Source of the DNA: Bacteroidaceae bacterium
Lineage (GTDB): Bacteria; Bacteroidota; Bacteroidia; Bacteroidales; Bacteroidaceae
Assembly (NCBI GenBank): GCA_045126595.1
Contig: JBGVOS010000040.1
Coordinates: 2,467 to 66,466, forward strand
Direction: 5' to 3'
DNA: 64,000 bases
A program made the translations under genes and the position numbers. Numbering within the stretch: the stretch's first letter is position 1; every line of letters begins with the position of its first letter. Positions 45,838-55,630 of this stretch are shown one piece after another. The notes beneath the pieces are model-generated. The model was not told the DNA's origin. It ran no database searches and worked only from the letters and a program-made list of their open reading frames with translations.

Positions 45838-47048
45838 TTATATAAATCCAGATACTCCGCATAGCGTTCCTCCTTCTTGAAGTGCGCCAGTGCGTAGTTG
45901 CGGCATCGTGATTGATAGTAATCCTTTCCTTTCGCTCTTATGGCGCGTGCAGCACGCAGCAATCCCTCCACATCGCCCTGTTCTACGATAATCCCCGTAT
46001 CGGGTGTTATCACCTCGATGCTACCTCCCGTGCGATAGGTCACCACAGGCGTACCGCAGGCTATGGCCTCCATGTTCACCGTGGGGTAGTTGTCCTGCCA
46101 TGTAGGGTTGATGAAGGCATCGGCAGCAGCATACAACTCGGCCAGTTGGCGTATGTTCTCCGTGCGTGCTATCGCCACGATACCCGGCGGCAACATCGCC
46201 TTCTGCTCCTCCTTGATGCCCACGAGCACGATTACCTCATCCTCGTTGAGCATGGGGGCCATGCGTATGAAATCGTCCAATCCCTTCTCTCTGCTCCAAA
46301 TGCTGGCGAGGCCCAGCAAGATATGCTTCCCTTGCAATCCATACTTCCCCTTTACCGCCTCCGTATCGTATATATTGAATACCTCCGTATCGATACCATT
46401 GTGTATCACCTCATAGTGATAGTCCTTCAGGAACGAGTGCTGCATCTCCTCTCTCATCCATTCCGAAACCGTAACAATGGTAAACAGTTCCTTGGGTATT
46501 GAAGTGAATGCCTCCCGTTTATCGCGGAAGTTCTGTCGCGAGCGGTCGATGAGATAACTTGTCGGGAACTCCCTCCTCTGTGGGCAATTGTGACATTCCT
46601 TCTTCCACTTGTCACACCCCGCAAATGAGTAGTGATAGCAATGTCCCGTATAGAGCCAGCAGTCATGCACCGTCCACACCACGGGGATACGCGCCTCGGC
46701 GAGGTATTCAAACAGTATCTTATAGTTCAGGAAATAGCCGTGTATATTATGTATATGGATGATATCGGGCTCTATGCGCTTGATCTCCTTGATAAATTCT
46801 CGTGTGGCACGGTTCGAGGCCAGGCCATGACGGTCGAGACAACGGGTCACCACCCCATGCCATACCGTGCTCCACCTGTTACCCACCGGGATAGCCTTCA
46901 CGTTGCATTCCCTCATGCCATCGCGTCCCTTGCTATAGGCGATATAGCACTCCCATCCGTGCTGTGTAGCCAGCTCCGCAATCTCCTGCATGATACGTCC
47001 CGTCGACGTGTTCTGCCTGATTACCGGATTGATCTGAAGTAATTTCAT
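45816..47048 (-). CDS. Glycosyltransferase family 4
   Basis: 410-aa ORF with the IIHIHNIHGYF N-domain and a C-domain ending ...NYPTVNMEAIACGTPVVTY. Confidence 0.85.
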   Translation of the reverse strand: MKLLQINPVIRQNTSTGRIMQEIAELATQHGWECYIAYSKGRDGMRECNVKAIPVGNRWSTVWHGVVTRCLDRHGLASNRATREFIKEIKRIEPDIIHIHNIHGYFLNYKILFEYLAEARIPVVWTVHDCWLYTGHCYHYSFAGCDKWKKECHNCPQRREFPTSYLIDRSRQNFRDKREAFTSIPKELFTIVTVSEWMREEMQHSFLKDYHYEVIHNGIDTEVFNIYDTEAVKGKYGLQGKHILLGLASIWSREKGLDDFIRMAPMLNEDEVIVLVGIKEEQKAMLPPGIVAIARTENIRQLAELYAAADAFINPTWQDNYPTVNMEAIACGTPVVTYRTGGSIEVITPDTGIIVEQGDVEGLLRAARAIRAKGKDYYQSRCRNYALAHFKKEERYAEYLDLYKRLKVTG

Positions 47049-47146
47049 TCTAGATAATACGAAGAGCAGTTACGCTGCACGAAGATAGCCGAAGGCTATA
47101 CGAAAGGCAGCTTGCTACACGAAAACAACTGAAGATGCACGAAGAC
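47049..47146. repeat. Array of ~20-nt units: short hairpin + (T)ACGAARA
   Basis: Examples: gcagttacgctgc-acgaaga, tagccgaaggcta-tacgaaa. It lies 3' of the four-helix-bundle gene. Confidence 0.85.
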
Positions 47147-47518
47147 TTATTGTTTCCTTAAGGTTCTAATCAATCGACTTAGTTGGCACTCGATAGAAAT
47201 AACCTTTGAGTTTAATACCCTATAGTTCTCGTCGTCAAGGTATCCTATTTCATGAGATATCAGCAGTTGTGTCTCTACTTCATAGGCCGACCCTAATGCG
47301 ATATCCAAGAAATGGGCAAATTCTGTATCCGATGGTCTTGAAGCCCCTTCAGCAATGTTGGATGGTATAGATACGGCTGCTCGTTGAAGTTGGTCGCATA
47401 TACCTTTTTTCTCAAACCAAGGCATCGCACTTGTTTGCTTATACATCGCGACAGATAGCATCACGGCATCATGCCACACTGGATACTCTTTAAAATTACG
47501 AGCTTTCTTTCCCTTCAT
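47147..47518 (-). CDS. Four-helix-bundle protein (23S rRNA intervening-sequence protein / Avd-like family)
   Basis: Starts at the ATG (cat at 47516-47518) giving MKGKKARNFKEYPVWHDAVMLSV..Y.... The motif QLQRAAVSIPSNIAEG and ...AYEVETQLLIS are the family signature. The ORF-track version begins at an upstream GTG. Confidence 0.85.
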   Translation of the reverse strand: MKGKKARNFKEYPVWHDAVMLSVAMYKQTSAMPWFEKKGICDQLQRAAVSIPSNIAEGASRPSDTEFAHFLDIALGSAYEVETQLLISHEIGYLDDENYRVLNSKVISIECQLSRLIRTLRKQ

Positions 47519-47715
47519 TCTTTCGTCATCGTGCACGCTTATGTGCTTTTGTTATATTTCGCAGTTGCAAGCGGCTTTCCCCTTATTATTTTCGTATAGC
47601 CTTTGCTGTCCTTCGTGGCGGCCTACCGCCCTTCGTACACACTTTGTGTGTTATCGTTCACGCTTGTGTACCATCGTGAAGCTATCTTCGTTTTCGTACA
47701 GCTATGCTGTTTTGG
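47519..47715. repeat. Array of ~20-nt units in the opposite orientation: TTCGT(A) + variable hairpin
   Basis: cttcgt-GGCGGcctaCCGCC, cttcgt-ACACACtttGTGTGT, ttcgt-ACAGCtatGCTGT, ttcgt-AGCCACtgcGTGGCT, TTCACG..CGTGAA. Confidence 0.88.
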
Positions 47716-48870
47716 TTATATTTCGTAGCCACTGCGTGGCTTTAACCGTTCAAATAAGGAAATCCACTTTTTCATCACCGCCTCCTCCGAGTAGGTATCT
47801 ACTACCTGGCGGGCATTCATGCCCATCTCTTGGCGGAGAGCCTCATCACTCATGAGCAGCATCATGGCATCGGCCAGTCCTGGGATATCGCCATTGGGTA
47901 CGATGAGGCCATTCTTTCCGTGGTCGATGATATCGCGCGGTCCACATTTGAAGTCGAAGGACACTACAGGCAGTCCACATGCCATGGCCTCTATCATCAC
48001 CATGGGGAATCCCTCGTAGTTGCTGCTCATCACGAGCATGCTGCTGCGCGTATACTCCTCTCCGATGTTCTTTGTCGGTGCATGGATGGCACAGGTTGCC
48101 GCTATGCCATAGTCCTTGATGCGCTGCTCGAGCATCTCTTGCCATTCTCCTTGGCCGTAGATGTCGAGGTGCCAGTCATGGTTTTGCTCCGTCTGTTGCA
48201 CTATGCGCCATGCCTCGATGAGGCGGTCGAAACCCTTCTGGTAGTCGAGACGCCCCACGGCAATCACCCGCTTGGCACGTCCATCGGCATAGCGGCTGCT
48301 CGTCATCATCGCCGCATTGGGTATCACCTCGATGTTGGGGATGTTGCCCCACATCTGGGCATCCTCTTCGGTGAGCACCACGAAGCGGTCGAACTTCCTC
48401 ACTAAACTCTCATCCATCTTCGCCCGCATCTTATCGGCCATTCCCATCAGCCCCGTACGGTTATATTGATGATGGAATAGTTTGCTCTGATGTAGCTCCA
48501 TCACCTTCTTGCTCCCATCCTTCAGGCTGGGCACGAAGGAGCATTCCCCTGGGTAGAAGCAGTCTACGATATCGGGCTTTATCTGGCTCAGCAATGCCCT
48601 CAGCCTTTTCTTGTGAAGTCGTCGCTTGCAAATATATCCGCAGAACTTTTTCAGGAACGGCTTCCCATTATCATCCGAGTAGTTGACATCCAAGTCCACC
48701 ATCTTCACCCCCTCGGGGAACGGATAGAACGGCACACGTCCATGCTGGTCGGTCGTCACCACGGTGATGTCCCAGTGCAACTGCTCCACCAGGTAACGCA
48801 CCTTATTGAGCAGTACCCTCTCCATCCCCCCAGGGTTATATATTGAGCAAATGCAGTATACAATCTTCAT
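47716..48870 (-). CDS. Glycosyltransferase family 4
   Basis: 384-aa ORF with the GGMERV N-terminal motif and the EGFPMVMIEAMACGLPVVSFD C-domain. Confidence 0.88.
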   Translation of the reverse strand: MKIVYCICSIYNPGGMERVLLNKVRYLVEQLHWDITVVTTDQHGRVPFYPFPEGVKMVDLDVNYSDDNGKPFLKKFCGYICKRRLHKKRLRALLSQIKPDIVDCFYPGECSFVPSLKDGSKKVMELHQSKLFHHQYNRTGLMGMADKMRAKMDESLVRKFDRFVVLTEEDAQMWGNIPNIEVIPNAAMMTSSRYADGRAKRVIAVGRLDYQKGFDRLIEAWRIVQQTEQNHDWHLDIYGQGEWQEMLEQRIKDYGIAATCAIHAPTKNIGEEYTRSSMLVMSSNYEGFPMVMIEAMACGLPVVSFDFKCGPRDIIDHGKNGLIVPNGDIPGLADAMMLLMSDEALRQEMGMNARQVVDTYSEEAVMKKWISLFERLKPRSGYEI

Positions 48871-49055
48871 ATTTTTTTATGATTTTTCGTATAGCAAGGC
48901 TATTTTCGTTACACGTCAGCGTGTATTTCGTACAACCATAGGTCGTTTTCGTGTTGGATGCGCTCTTCGTACAGCAAAGCAAGTTATCGTCTTCGTTTTT
49001 CGTTATCGTACACGCTTGCGTGTTTTCGTCAATCGTTAACCGCTAACCGTTTATC
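48871..49055. repeat. TTCGT(A)+hairpin array followed by CCGTTAA-type heptamers
   Basis: ttcgt-ATAGCaagGCTAT, ttcgtt-ACACGtcagCGTGT, ttcgt-ACAACCataGGTCGT, atcgt-ACACGCttGCGTGT, then aatcgttaaccgctaaccg, which encodes the Wzy C-terminus RLAVND*. Confidence 0.85.
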
Positions 49056-50336
49056 CGCCTCCTCATTCTCCTCCCTACTTATCAGCAGGAATGGGGCGAA
49101 TACGAGGAACACGTCGGTCGATACCTTAAACCAACCTGCCATATTTACAGCCAGGAAGAGTAGGAACAGCATGCTCTGTGCTGGGAATTTCTTCATGCAG
49201 CTTTGTGTTATAGCGATGAAGAAAGCTATGAAGGACATTAACCCGAAGATGCCAAAATAGAATATAAATCGAAGGTAGCCAACATCTGTGCCCATATAGT
49301 ATCCTCCAACTATTTCTCCTGTGTAATACGGATCATTCCTAGGACTCATCATATATCCATCACCTATCATCCAAGTCTTAAAGTTGTCTGGAAATACATA
49401 CATATCCATGAGAATGTTATTGGAGTGTACTTCCCACTTACCTTTTTCTGCCAAACTGAAGAAGCCTTCGAAGGCAAAGCGTGTGTTGGCACGGAAGTTC
49501 GGGTTGGTGTTATATAACGGTACGATGATGAACAGTGCTACCACTATGACTCCTACCAGCCAAGTCCACAGATACCTGTTCTCTTTTCCTGCAGTTTTGT
49601 TTTGCTTGAACAGCGAATATATCCAATACAGCAATGCCAAACCCACTCCTACCGTTGTTGTTCGGGCTATCATATTACCCACCAAGCCAATGATGACGAA
49701 GCATACAAGGTATATCCAGATATAGTTTTTTCGTGTGGTGCTGGCAATGCGACTGGTGATATAGGCAATGGCGCATAGCACGGTAGAGAAGCGTAGTCCG
49801 GCAACATCTAATCCTGCCCCAATACCATAGAGCCGATGTGATTTGTTCATCAAACTTGTATCCACAAATCCAAACCCTGACACATAGGTGTTAATGAATG
49901 CTTTAAAGGCAGGGATGGAATCCATCATCAGTGCTGATATGCATTGTGCCGTACATACCGCTATCAGGTAGTTGCATACCAATTCTACAGATATATAGCC
50001 GTGCAACGCCCGCATAAAGGTTACTACCACATAGGCACCGCTGAGCCATACCCACATACTCACGATGTAGGTGGCATAGGTGTAGTCGCGCGTTTCATTA
50101 TAGGTAACAGCAATCAGCCCAATAAAAGAGACTAAGACAGCAATGAGAGAATACCTAAAAATAGCACTGTCCACATAGGGTTTTCTCTGCTGTGCCAATC
50201 GAACAATGAGTATCACCAACCCGAATCCGGCCATAGCCATCTTGGTATTGACACCAGGGAGAAAGGTAAACTCAATGGGAAAGAAATAAAAACTGACCAT
50301 CACTCCCATCAGGATGGTCATTAGGAATTTTATCAT
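49029..50336 (-). CDS. Wzy-type O-antigen/capsule polymerase-like polytopic membrane protein
   Basis: 435-aa ORF with about 10-11 TM helices and one large hydrophilic loop (residues ~290-345). Position among the GTs supports the call. AT-rich. Confidence 0.6.
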   Translation of the reverse strand: MIKFLMTILMGVMVSFYFFPIEFTFLPGVNTKMAMAGFGLVILIVRLAQQRKPYVDSAIFRYSLIAVLVSFIGLIAVTYNETRDYTYATYIVSMWVWLSGAYVVVTFMRALHGYISVELVCNYLIAVCTAQCISALMMDSIPAFKAFINTYVSGFGFVDTSLMNKSHRLYGIGAGLDVAGLRFSTVLCAIAYITSRIASTTRKNYIWIYLVCFVIIGLVGNMIARTTTVGVGLALLYWIYSLFKQNKTAGKENRYLWTWLVGVIVVALFIIVPLYNTNPNFRANTRFAFEGFFSLAEKGKWEVHSNNILMDMYVFPDNFKTWMIGDGYMMSPRNDPYYTGEIVGGYYMGTDVGYLRFIFYFGIFGLMSFIAFFIAITQSCMKKFPAQSMLFLLFLAVNMAGWFKVSTDVFLVFAPFLLISREENEEADKRLAVND

Positions 50337-51292
50337 CTATAAACAACGTTATTCAATACCCAATTATATAACTTTACTAGCCAATATTGTTTCTTGGCCG
50401 CCAACCACTGCACATAACGGGTTCTGGTAGATACAATCTTATTTTGTAGGATATACCTGTTCGCCTCAGGATACCATGCCTCCCAACGAGCAAACTGCCC
50501 GGCGATAAGGAACGGGAGCTTCACATCCAGTTTGAAGAAGGCGAGTTCTTGGGCAATCTCCTCACCCAACATACCCTCCATATAATTCACGATGCGTGCT
50601 ACATTATACTGTAGCTCTTGCAAATGACGCTCCGAATAGGTTTGACTGAAGGCATTCGTGTTTGTCTTCACATAATGATAATAGGCCTTAGGTACATAGG
50701 CTATTCTCTTGGCATGAGCAAAGAGTATCATCATTGTCATATCCTCGCCCATACCATATCCCGAGGGGAATTCTATACCATTGTCGGTATATAGCGAGCG
50801 GCGAACCAGCTTGTTCCATACATTGTATTTCATGCCTCCGCTTAGCATCGCTTTCAGTGCCTCCATAGGGGTGCTGAACCATGGTTGCTTCATGTAGCGC
50901 TCATTCTCTGCAAAGGTGAGGTACCAGTCGCACCACACGATATCGGCATCCTGTGTCTTGGCTGCATGGTATAGTTCTTCCAGCATGGTGAGCTCCACAT
51001 AGTCATCGCTGTCACAATGGAAGATGTATTCCCCCGTAGCTAACGTTAGTCCCGTATTGCGTGCTGCAGGCAGTCCCTTGTTCTCTTCATGGTGAACGAT
51101 GCGCACCTGCTCTTTCCGTTCTGGATAACGAGCCACTACCTCTTCAAGTATCTGTATGCTACGATCAGGCGTAGCATCATCCACAAAGATATACTCCACT
51201 TCACGGAGCGTTTGCTCCATGAGTGTGGTAGCACATCGCTCGATGAATGTCTCTACCTTATATATAGGTATAACAACAGATATATAGTTCAT
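50333..51292 (-). CDS. Glycosyltransferase family 2
   Basis: ISVVIPIYKVE.FIERC..TL..QT....EYIFVDDATPD...; the acidic motif is DSDD. Confidence 0.88.
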   Translation of the reverse strand: MNYISVVIPIYKVETFIERCATTLMEQTLREVEYIFVDDATPDRSIQILEEVVARYPERKEQVRIVHHEENKGLPAARNTGLTLATGEYIFHCDSDDYVELTMLEELYHAAKTQDADIVWCDWYLTFAENERYMKQPWFSTPMEALKAMLSGGMKYNVWNKLVRRSLYTDNGIEFPSGYGMGEDMTMMILFAHAKRIAYVPKAYYHYVKTNTNAFSQTYSERHLQELQYNVARIVNYMEGMLGEEIAQELAFFKLDVKLPFLIAGQFARWEAWYPEANRYILQNKIVSTRTRYVQWLAAKKQYWLVKLYNWVLNNVVYR

Positions 51293-52269
51293 TAGAATAA
51301 GACTTTTATGATTTTTTTCTCCCTAAATACTATAGCTATAGCAGAGATAGATAAGGTAAATAATATACTATAAATGTATGCTGCTAGTGAAGGCATATTG
51401 GGGAGAAATATTCTAAATATGGCTATGGGTATCATATGTGTCAGAAATATGATAGTACTTGCCATTCTCGCATTCTCGGCTATTCCTTTGAATTTGTCGC
51501 TTACTTTAATCGAGAGGATTATTTTGAAAAAAGAATATGAAACGACTAAAGATGCGATTCGAATGCCGTAATTACTTGTAATTGTTCCTAAGATAAATAA
51601 GACAATATAACAATATGTTGAAGATTTCTGTTGTTTATACAATGCAATCAGTCCTCCGATCATTATATATGCAAAACCAACAAAAAAGCCATTTCTAGTT
51701 GTCTTAAAAAGCTTAAAGTAGAAGGTTGAGAAACAATTTTCATCATAGACTTGCATATAATCCAATCCTATGCCGGTTAGATACAAAAATATAGCAATTG
51801 TAAATATCTTGCTGAAGTGTAGATTACTCATCATAATTAGGCAAATTCCTCCAGTTATCATCGCTAGTAAATACCAAAGAGGCCAGGATAAGTAATTCTC
51901 TCCAACAAGTGTGAAATTTCGTAGGAAAATTAGTAAAGACTTCAAAAAAGGTGTTTCTTCTGTATAAAAGCCATATATGGTAAATGGTAGGTATATTAGT
52001 GTCCAAACAATGTATAGTCGTAGTGATTTTTGTATAAAGGAGTTGATTCTTTTAACTTTCTCAGGTTGGGGAATATCAATGATTTTTCTCCAGAGCAAAA
52101 AACCGGATGTTACAAAGAAGAATGGTACAGCTTGAGGATAGACGATGTTTGTAAGCAAGTAGTTTAGATACTCATTCTGACAACTTCTTTCTGGATGAGC
52201 ATGTATGGCTACCACGACAAGTGCCATAAAGAATTTTATGAAGTCCAGTATGTAGTAACTTTTAACCAT
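51292..52269 (-). CDS. Acyltransferase-3 family membrane O-acyltransferase
   Basis: Starts MVKSYYILDFIKFFMALVVVAIHAHP (cat at 52267-52269) and has about 10 TM segments. This is the typical acyltransferase_3 N-terminus. Confidence 0.7.
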   Translation of the reverse strand: MVKSYYILDFIKFFMALVVVAIHAHPERSCQNEYLNYLLTNIVYPQAVPFFFVTSGFLLWRKIIDIPQPEKVKRINSFIQKSLRLYIVWTLIYLPFTIYGFYTEETPFLKSLLIFLRNFTLVGENYLSWPLWYLLAMITGGICLIMMSNLHFSKIFTIAIFLYLTGIGLDYMQVYDENCFSTFYFKLFKTTRNGFFVGFAYIMIGGLIALYKQQKSSTYCYIVLFILGTITSNYGIRIASLVVSYSFFKIILSIKVSDKFKGIAENARMASTIIFLTHMIPIAIFRIFLPNMPSLAAYIYSILFTLSISAIAIVFREKKIIKVLF

Positions 52270-52313
52270 AGTCTCCTTTGATAGATTATTCTTAGAACTC
52301 TCACCACATACCT

Positions 52314-53252
52314 CTAACCTTTCTTCCTGCCATATACAAAGTAGCGTACCAATATCTTGATGCGTTTCCAAAGTGATAGTTGGTCAAGTTCGTTTTGTTT
52401 GTTATTGTAGAAATCGAAATAGAACTTTTTGTCAAAAAAAGGGGACTTACGATAGTATTCCCACCATATGTCGTAGTTGACGCAAAACTCTTTCCAGGGT
52501 TTAGGACCATTGTAGTGTACTATACCATAGTTTAATGCATGTTTAATCTCTTCTTCTGTAAAGAACCTTAGCATTTCATTCTTGCGTGTTACTAAGAGTT
52601 CAGTTAAATAGTTTGTAAGACAGAATGCAGGCGATAGTGCCTTGATTTTTCCATAACAAGCAATGTTGATAATATCCATGTCTTGCTGGTGAAAATCTCT
52701 TTTCGCTAATTCTCTGAATTTAGGGATAATATTGTCTTCTATTATCTTCTTGGAGTTAATAACCAGATTCCCGGAATAGAAATGCCCATATTTATGATCG
52801 ATGCCTAATTTTTTTTTGATGTATTTTTGGACTTCAGGTCGCAAGGCTGAGCCATTGTCTACACCTGCCATATAGTAATCTGATATGTCAATATTGAAGT
52901 ATTGGGCTAAATCCTCTCTAAAGATGACATCCACATCGGAATATAAAATCTTGTCATACTCTGGAATTAGTTCGGGCGCTAATAGCCTATAATAAGCTGT
53001 TGTTGTTATGCCTCTAATTTCGTATGCATTGATGAATTCGTTACTTACTTTTCGGTAAGTAATCTTGTGATTGGGATATGTTTTGGATAATTCAGTTAGG
53101 CGGGAATCTTGAAAATCATATTTATCAGAGTGCAAAATGAAAATATCGTAGAACGTTGTAGGATGTGCGTTCCGAAGTAAGGATGAGATGCATACACCTG
53201 CGGGCAATAATAGTTTCTCGTCAAATGTGAATAAAATAGGAACAACGTTCAT
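52314..53252 (-). CDS. Glycosyltransferase family 8
   Basis: VPILFTFDEKLLLPAGV.ISSLL.N, ...YYRLL.PELIP and the DxD motif YSDVDVIF. Confidence 0.85.
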   Translation of the reverse strand: MNVVPILFTFDEKLLLPAGVCISSLLRNAHPTTFYDIFILHSDKYDFQDSRLTELSKTYPNHKITYRKVSNEFINAYEIRGITTTAYYRLLAPELIPEYDKILYSDVDVIFREDLAQYFNIDISDYYMAGVDNGSALRPEVQKYIKKKLGIDHKYGHFYSGNLVINSKKIIEDNIIPKFRELAKRDFHQQDMDIINIACYGKIKALSPAFCLTNYLTELLVTRKNEMLRFFTEEEIKHALNYGIVHYNGPKPWKEFCVNYDIWWEYYRKSPFFDKKFYFDFYNNKQNELDQLSLWKRIKILVRYFVYGRKKG

Positions 53253-53254
53253 GA

Positions 53255-54064
53255 TTACCAGATTTTTATATTTGTGTCCGCAATATGATTCTCAATGTTG
53301 TCGGGAATTTTCATATAGTCGTTTCCGTATAGCCTTTTTAAGTATGCATCGCAGTCCTTAGGAGCATTGAATTCATGGCCTTCGAATGACAATTTACATA
53401 AAGGAAAAATCTCTTCTAATTTTTTTTCTTCGTTTAAGAATCCCACTCCGTATGTGTAGTGTATCATACCTTTATTAAATGATGGTGATATGAATCGTAA
53501 GAGAGGAAATACAATTTTTGTTAATAGATTGTAGTTAAATCTGAATGCTTGGCCTGTCTTGCTCTTCTCAACAACACCTAGGCACATGCGATTGTAGCAT
53601 ACTGATGCTATTTTTGAGAATATTTTATATGTAGGTTCTAATGGAAATATGTCAATAAAGGCTCCTTTGTACTCGAAGTGCTTATTGAATACACACTTTT
53701 CTTCTATATAGCTGTTTGTGTCCCTGACTTTGGCATACAGATATACGTATCCCGAATCGGTATCGGTTGTTTGCAATACATATTCTCGTGGTAACTCTTT
53801 GGGGAGAATATCTAATAATTTCAGATAATCTTCGCGCAAGAGTTCAATGTCGATGTCGTCGTCCCAAGGTATGAATCCGCCATGTCTGATTGCTCCTAGC
53901 AATGTTCCACTACTAAGCCAATAAGGAATATCATGCTTTTTACAGATGGCATCTACAGACTTTAATATTTCTAACATGCGAAGTTGTAGATTCCTTAAGG
54001 CAGAACCCTCAGGGTTATAAGTCTCCTTGAGTCTTTCTGTTTGCATATCCATATGAGTGAGCAA
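53255..54064 (-). CDS. LicD family phosphotransferase
   Basis: LRMLEILKSVDAICKKHDIPYWLSSGTLLGAIRHGGFIPWDDDIDIEL is the LicD signature. The exact start (M1, M5 or M7) is uncertain. Confidence 0.85.
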   Translation of the reverse strand: MLTHMDMQTERLKETYNPEGSALRNLQLRMLEILKSVDAICKKHDIPYWLSSGTLLGAIRHGGFIPWDDDIDIELLREDYLKLLDILPKELPREYVLQTTDTDSGYVYLYAKVRDTNSYIEEKCVFNKHFEYKGAFIDIFPLEPTYKIFSKIASVCYNRMCLGVVEKSKTGQAFRFNYNLLTKIVFPLLRFISPSFNKGMIHYTYGVGFLNEEKKLEEIFPLCKLSFEGHEFNAPKDCDAYLKRLYGNDYMKIPDNIENHIADTNIKIW

Positions 54065-54077
54065 GCTGTGAATATTC

Positions 54078-54917
54078 TTAATCTATTTTATTAGGGAAGT
54101 GCTTGATAAATCTGGCACTTTTATGAAAAATGGCAATACATCGCAGAGCGCATGCTACTAATGTATATGTGGGTCTTTTGTAGTTCCTCTTTCTGAGTTC
54201 AATAAATAATTTGTCGTAATATGTATCTCCATATAATTCGCCTTCTTTGCTTCTCCCGTAGTCAAGGCGTATTCTTTGCGGTATCAATTCCTCAAGAACG
54301 TGTTTGTACTCTAACTCTGACAAAGTTCGATTCTGTGCACTGAATCCTGTGATGTCATAATTGACAATAATCGTGTTTATATGTTTGTATGAGCAATTCT
54401 CCAAAATCAGTGCTTGTAGAAAGAATTTTCTATCGGCAACAATTTTTAAAGACTCGTCATACATGTATTTTCTCATCAGTGATGTACGAATGAAAGCACA
54501 TTGATGACATATACTTGAATTGTATAATGTGTCAAAGGTTATTTCATTAGGGGCTTCTTTCGTCTCTCCCAACCAGGTGTCTCCACATACGATGTCGCTT
54601 CCTTTGGATAGGCAGATGAAATTCGCAATAACCTGTTCGGAATAAAAGCAATCGCCAGAATTCATGAAAATACAATACTCTCCATGTGCCCTTTCGATAC
54701 CTTTATTCATGGCGTTGTAAATGCCTTTGTCTGGCTCACTTATCCAATAGTCAATTTTGTCTGTATGGCTTTTGATGACCTCGACACTGCCATCAGTAGA
54801 TGCTCCATCAATAATAATAAACTCAAAATCTTTGGATGTTTGGTTTATGGTGCTGGCTATTGTCTTTTCTAAGCCTTCTTTATTGTTATAGTTAATGGTG
54901 ATTACAGAAACTTTCAT
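54078..54917 (-). CDS. Glycosyltransferase family 2
   Basis: MKVSVITINYNNKEGLEKTI.S...QT..DFEFIIIDGASTDGS. Confidence 0.88.
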   Translation of the reverse strand: MKVSVITINYNNKEGLEKTIASTINQTSKDFEFIIIDGASTDGSVEVIKSHTDKIDYWISEPDKGIYNAMNKGIERAHGEYCIFMNSGDCFYSEQVIANFICLSKGSDIVCGDTWLGETKEAPNEITFDTLYNSSICHQCAFIRTSLMRKYMYDESLKIVADRKFFLQALILENCSYKHINTIIVNYDITGFSAQNRTLSELEYKHVLEELIPQRIRLDYGRSKEGELYGDTYYDKLFIELRKRNYKRPTYTLVACALRCIAIFHKSARFIKHFPNKID

Positions 54918-54925
54918 CGTTGTTG

Positions 54926-55630
54926 TTACTCTTGTTGCAATACCTGTTTCAGTTTGTTTATATCACAAAACAATTCGCTGTTTTCTTTCAGCCATTCAAT
55001 GGGCATGTCCCACCATTTTTTTTCTAATAAGAATTGGATAGTTTCTTTGTCGTATCTGTATTTAATGACTTTAGCTGGAACTCCACCGACAATAGCATAA
55101 GGTGGGACGTCCTTTGTGACAACTGCTCCAGCGAGAACTACCGCGCCGTCTCCGATGGTTAATCCTCCAACAAAAAATGCTCCTTGCCCAATCCAACAAT
55201 CATTCCCAATAGATATAGGTGCACGCATTTCATCAAACATTTGTTCTTTTGCAAAAGTAGCTCCCGATTGCTTTCGTAAAGAGAAAAACATGGGTGATGT
55301 TGTTGCATAGGGGGCTTCTATAGGATGCACGCCTTGTGCGTTTTTAACATCTGCAGCAATGGAGGTGAATCGGCCAATATTTCCAATGATGGAGCAGTCG
55401 TTACATATGTATGTACCGTACCCCATGTTGCCACTGAATTTTGTGCGATCTCCAATGGCGTTAGCTCCTTCAAAGGTTGAGGTGGTATCTATATAGGTTG
55501 TTGTGTTGAAGCGTACTTTTCCCCACCATTTAAGCTTTAGTCTCCAATAGTCGGCAATCCCTCGAATGGTTGTCGTGATGGATCTATAAATTAGTGCGCA
55601 TAGGGCCTTAAACATTAGGAATATTCTCAT
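54926..55630 (-). CDS. Hexapeptide-repeat O-acetyltransferase (XAT / Vat-CatB-like)
   Basis: LbH repeats IGNDCWIGQGAFFVGGLTIGDGAVVLAGAVVTKDVPPYAIVGGVPAKVI with a C-terminal KKWWD tail. The start is uncertain and overlaps the upstream GT2 end. Confidence 0.8.
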   Translation of the reverse strand: MRIFLMFKALCALIYRSITTTIRGIADYWRLKLKWWGKVRFNTTTYIDTTSTFEGANAIGDRTKFSGNMGYGTYICNDCSIIGNIGRFTSIAADVKNAQGVHPIEAPYATTSPMFFSLRKQSGATFAKEQMFDEMRAPISIGNDCWIGQGAFFVGGLTIGDGAVVLAGAVVTKDVPPYAIVGGVPAKVIKYRYDKETIQFLLEKKWWDMPIEWLKENSELFCDINKLKQVLQQE

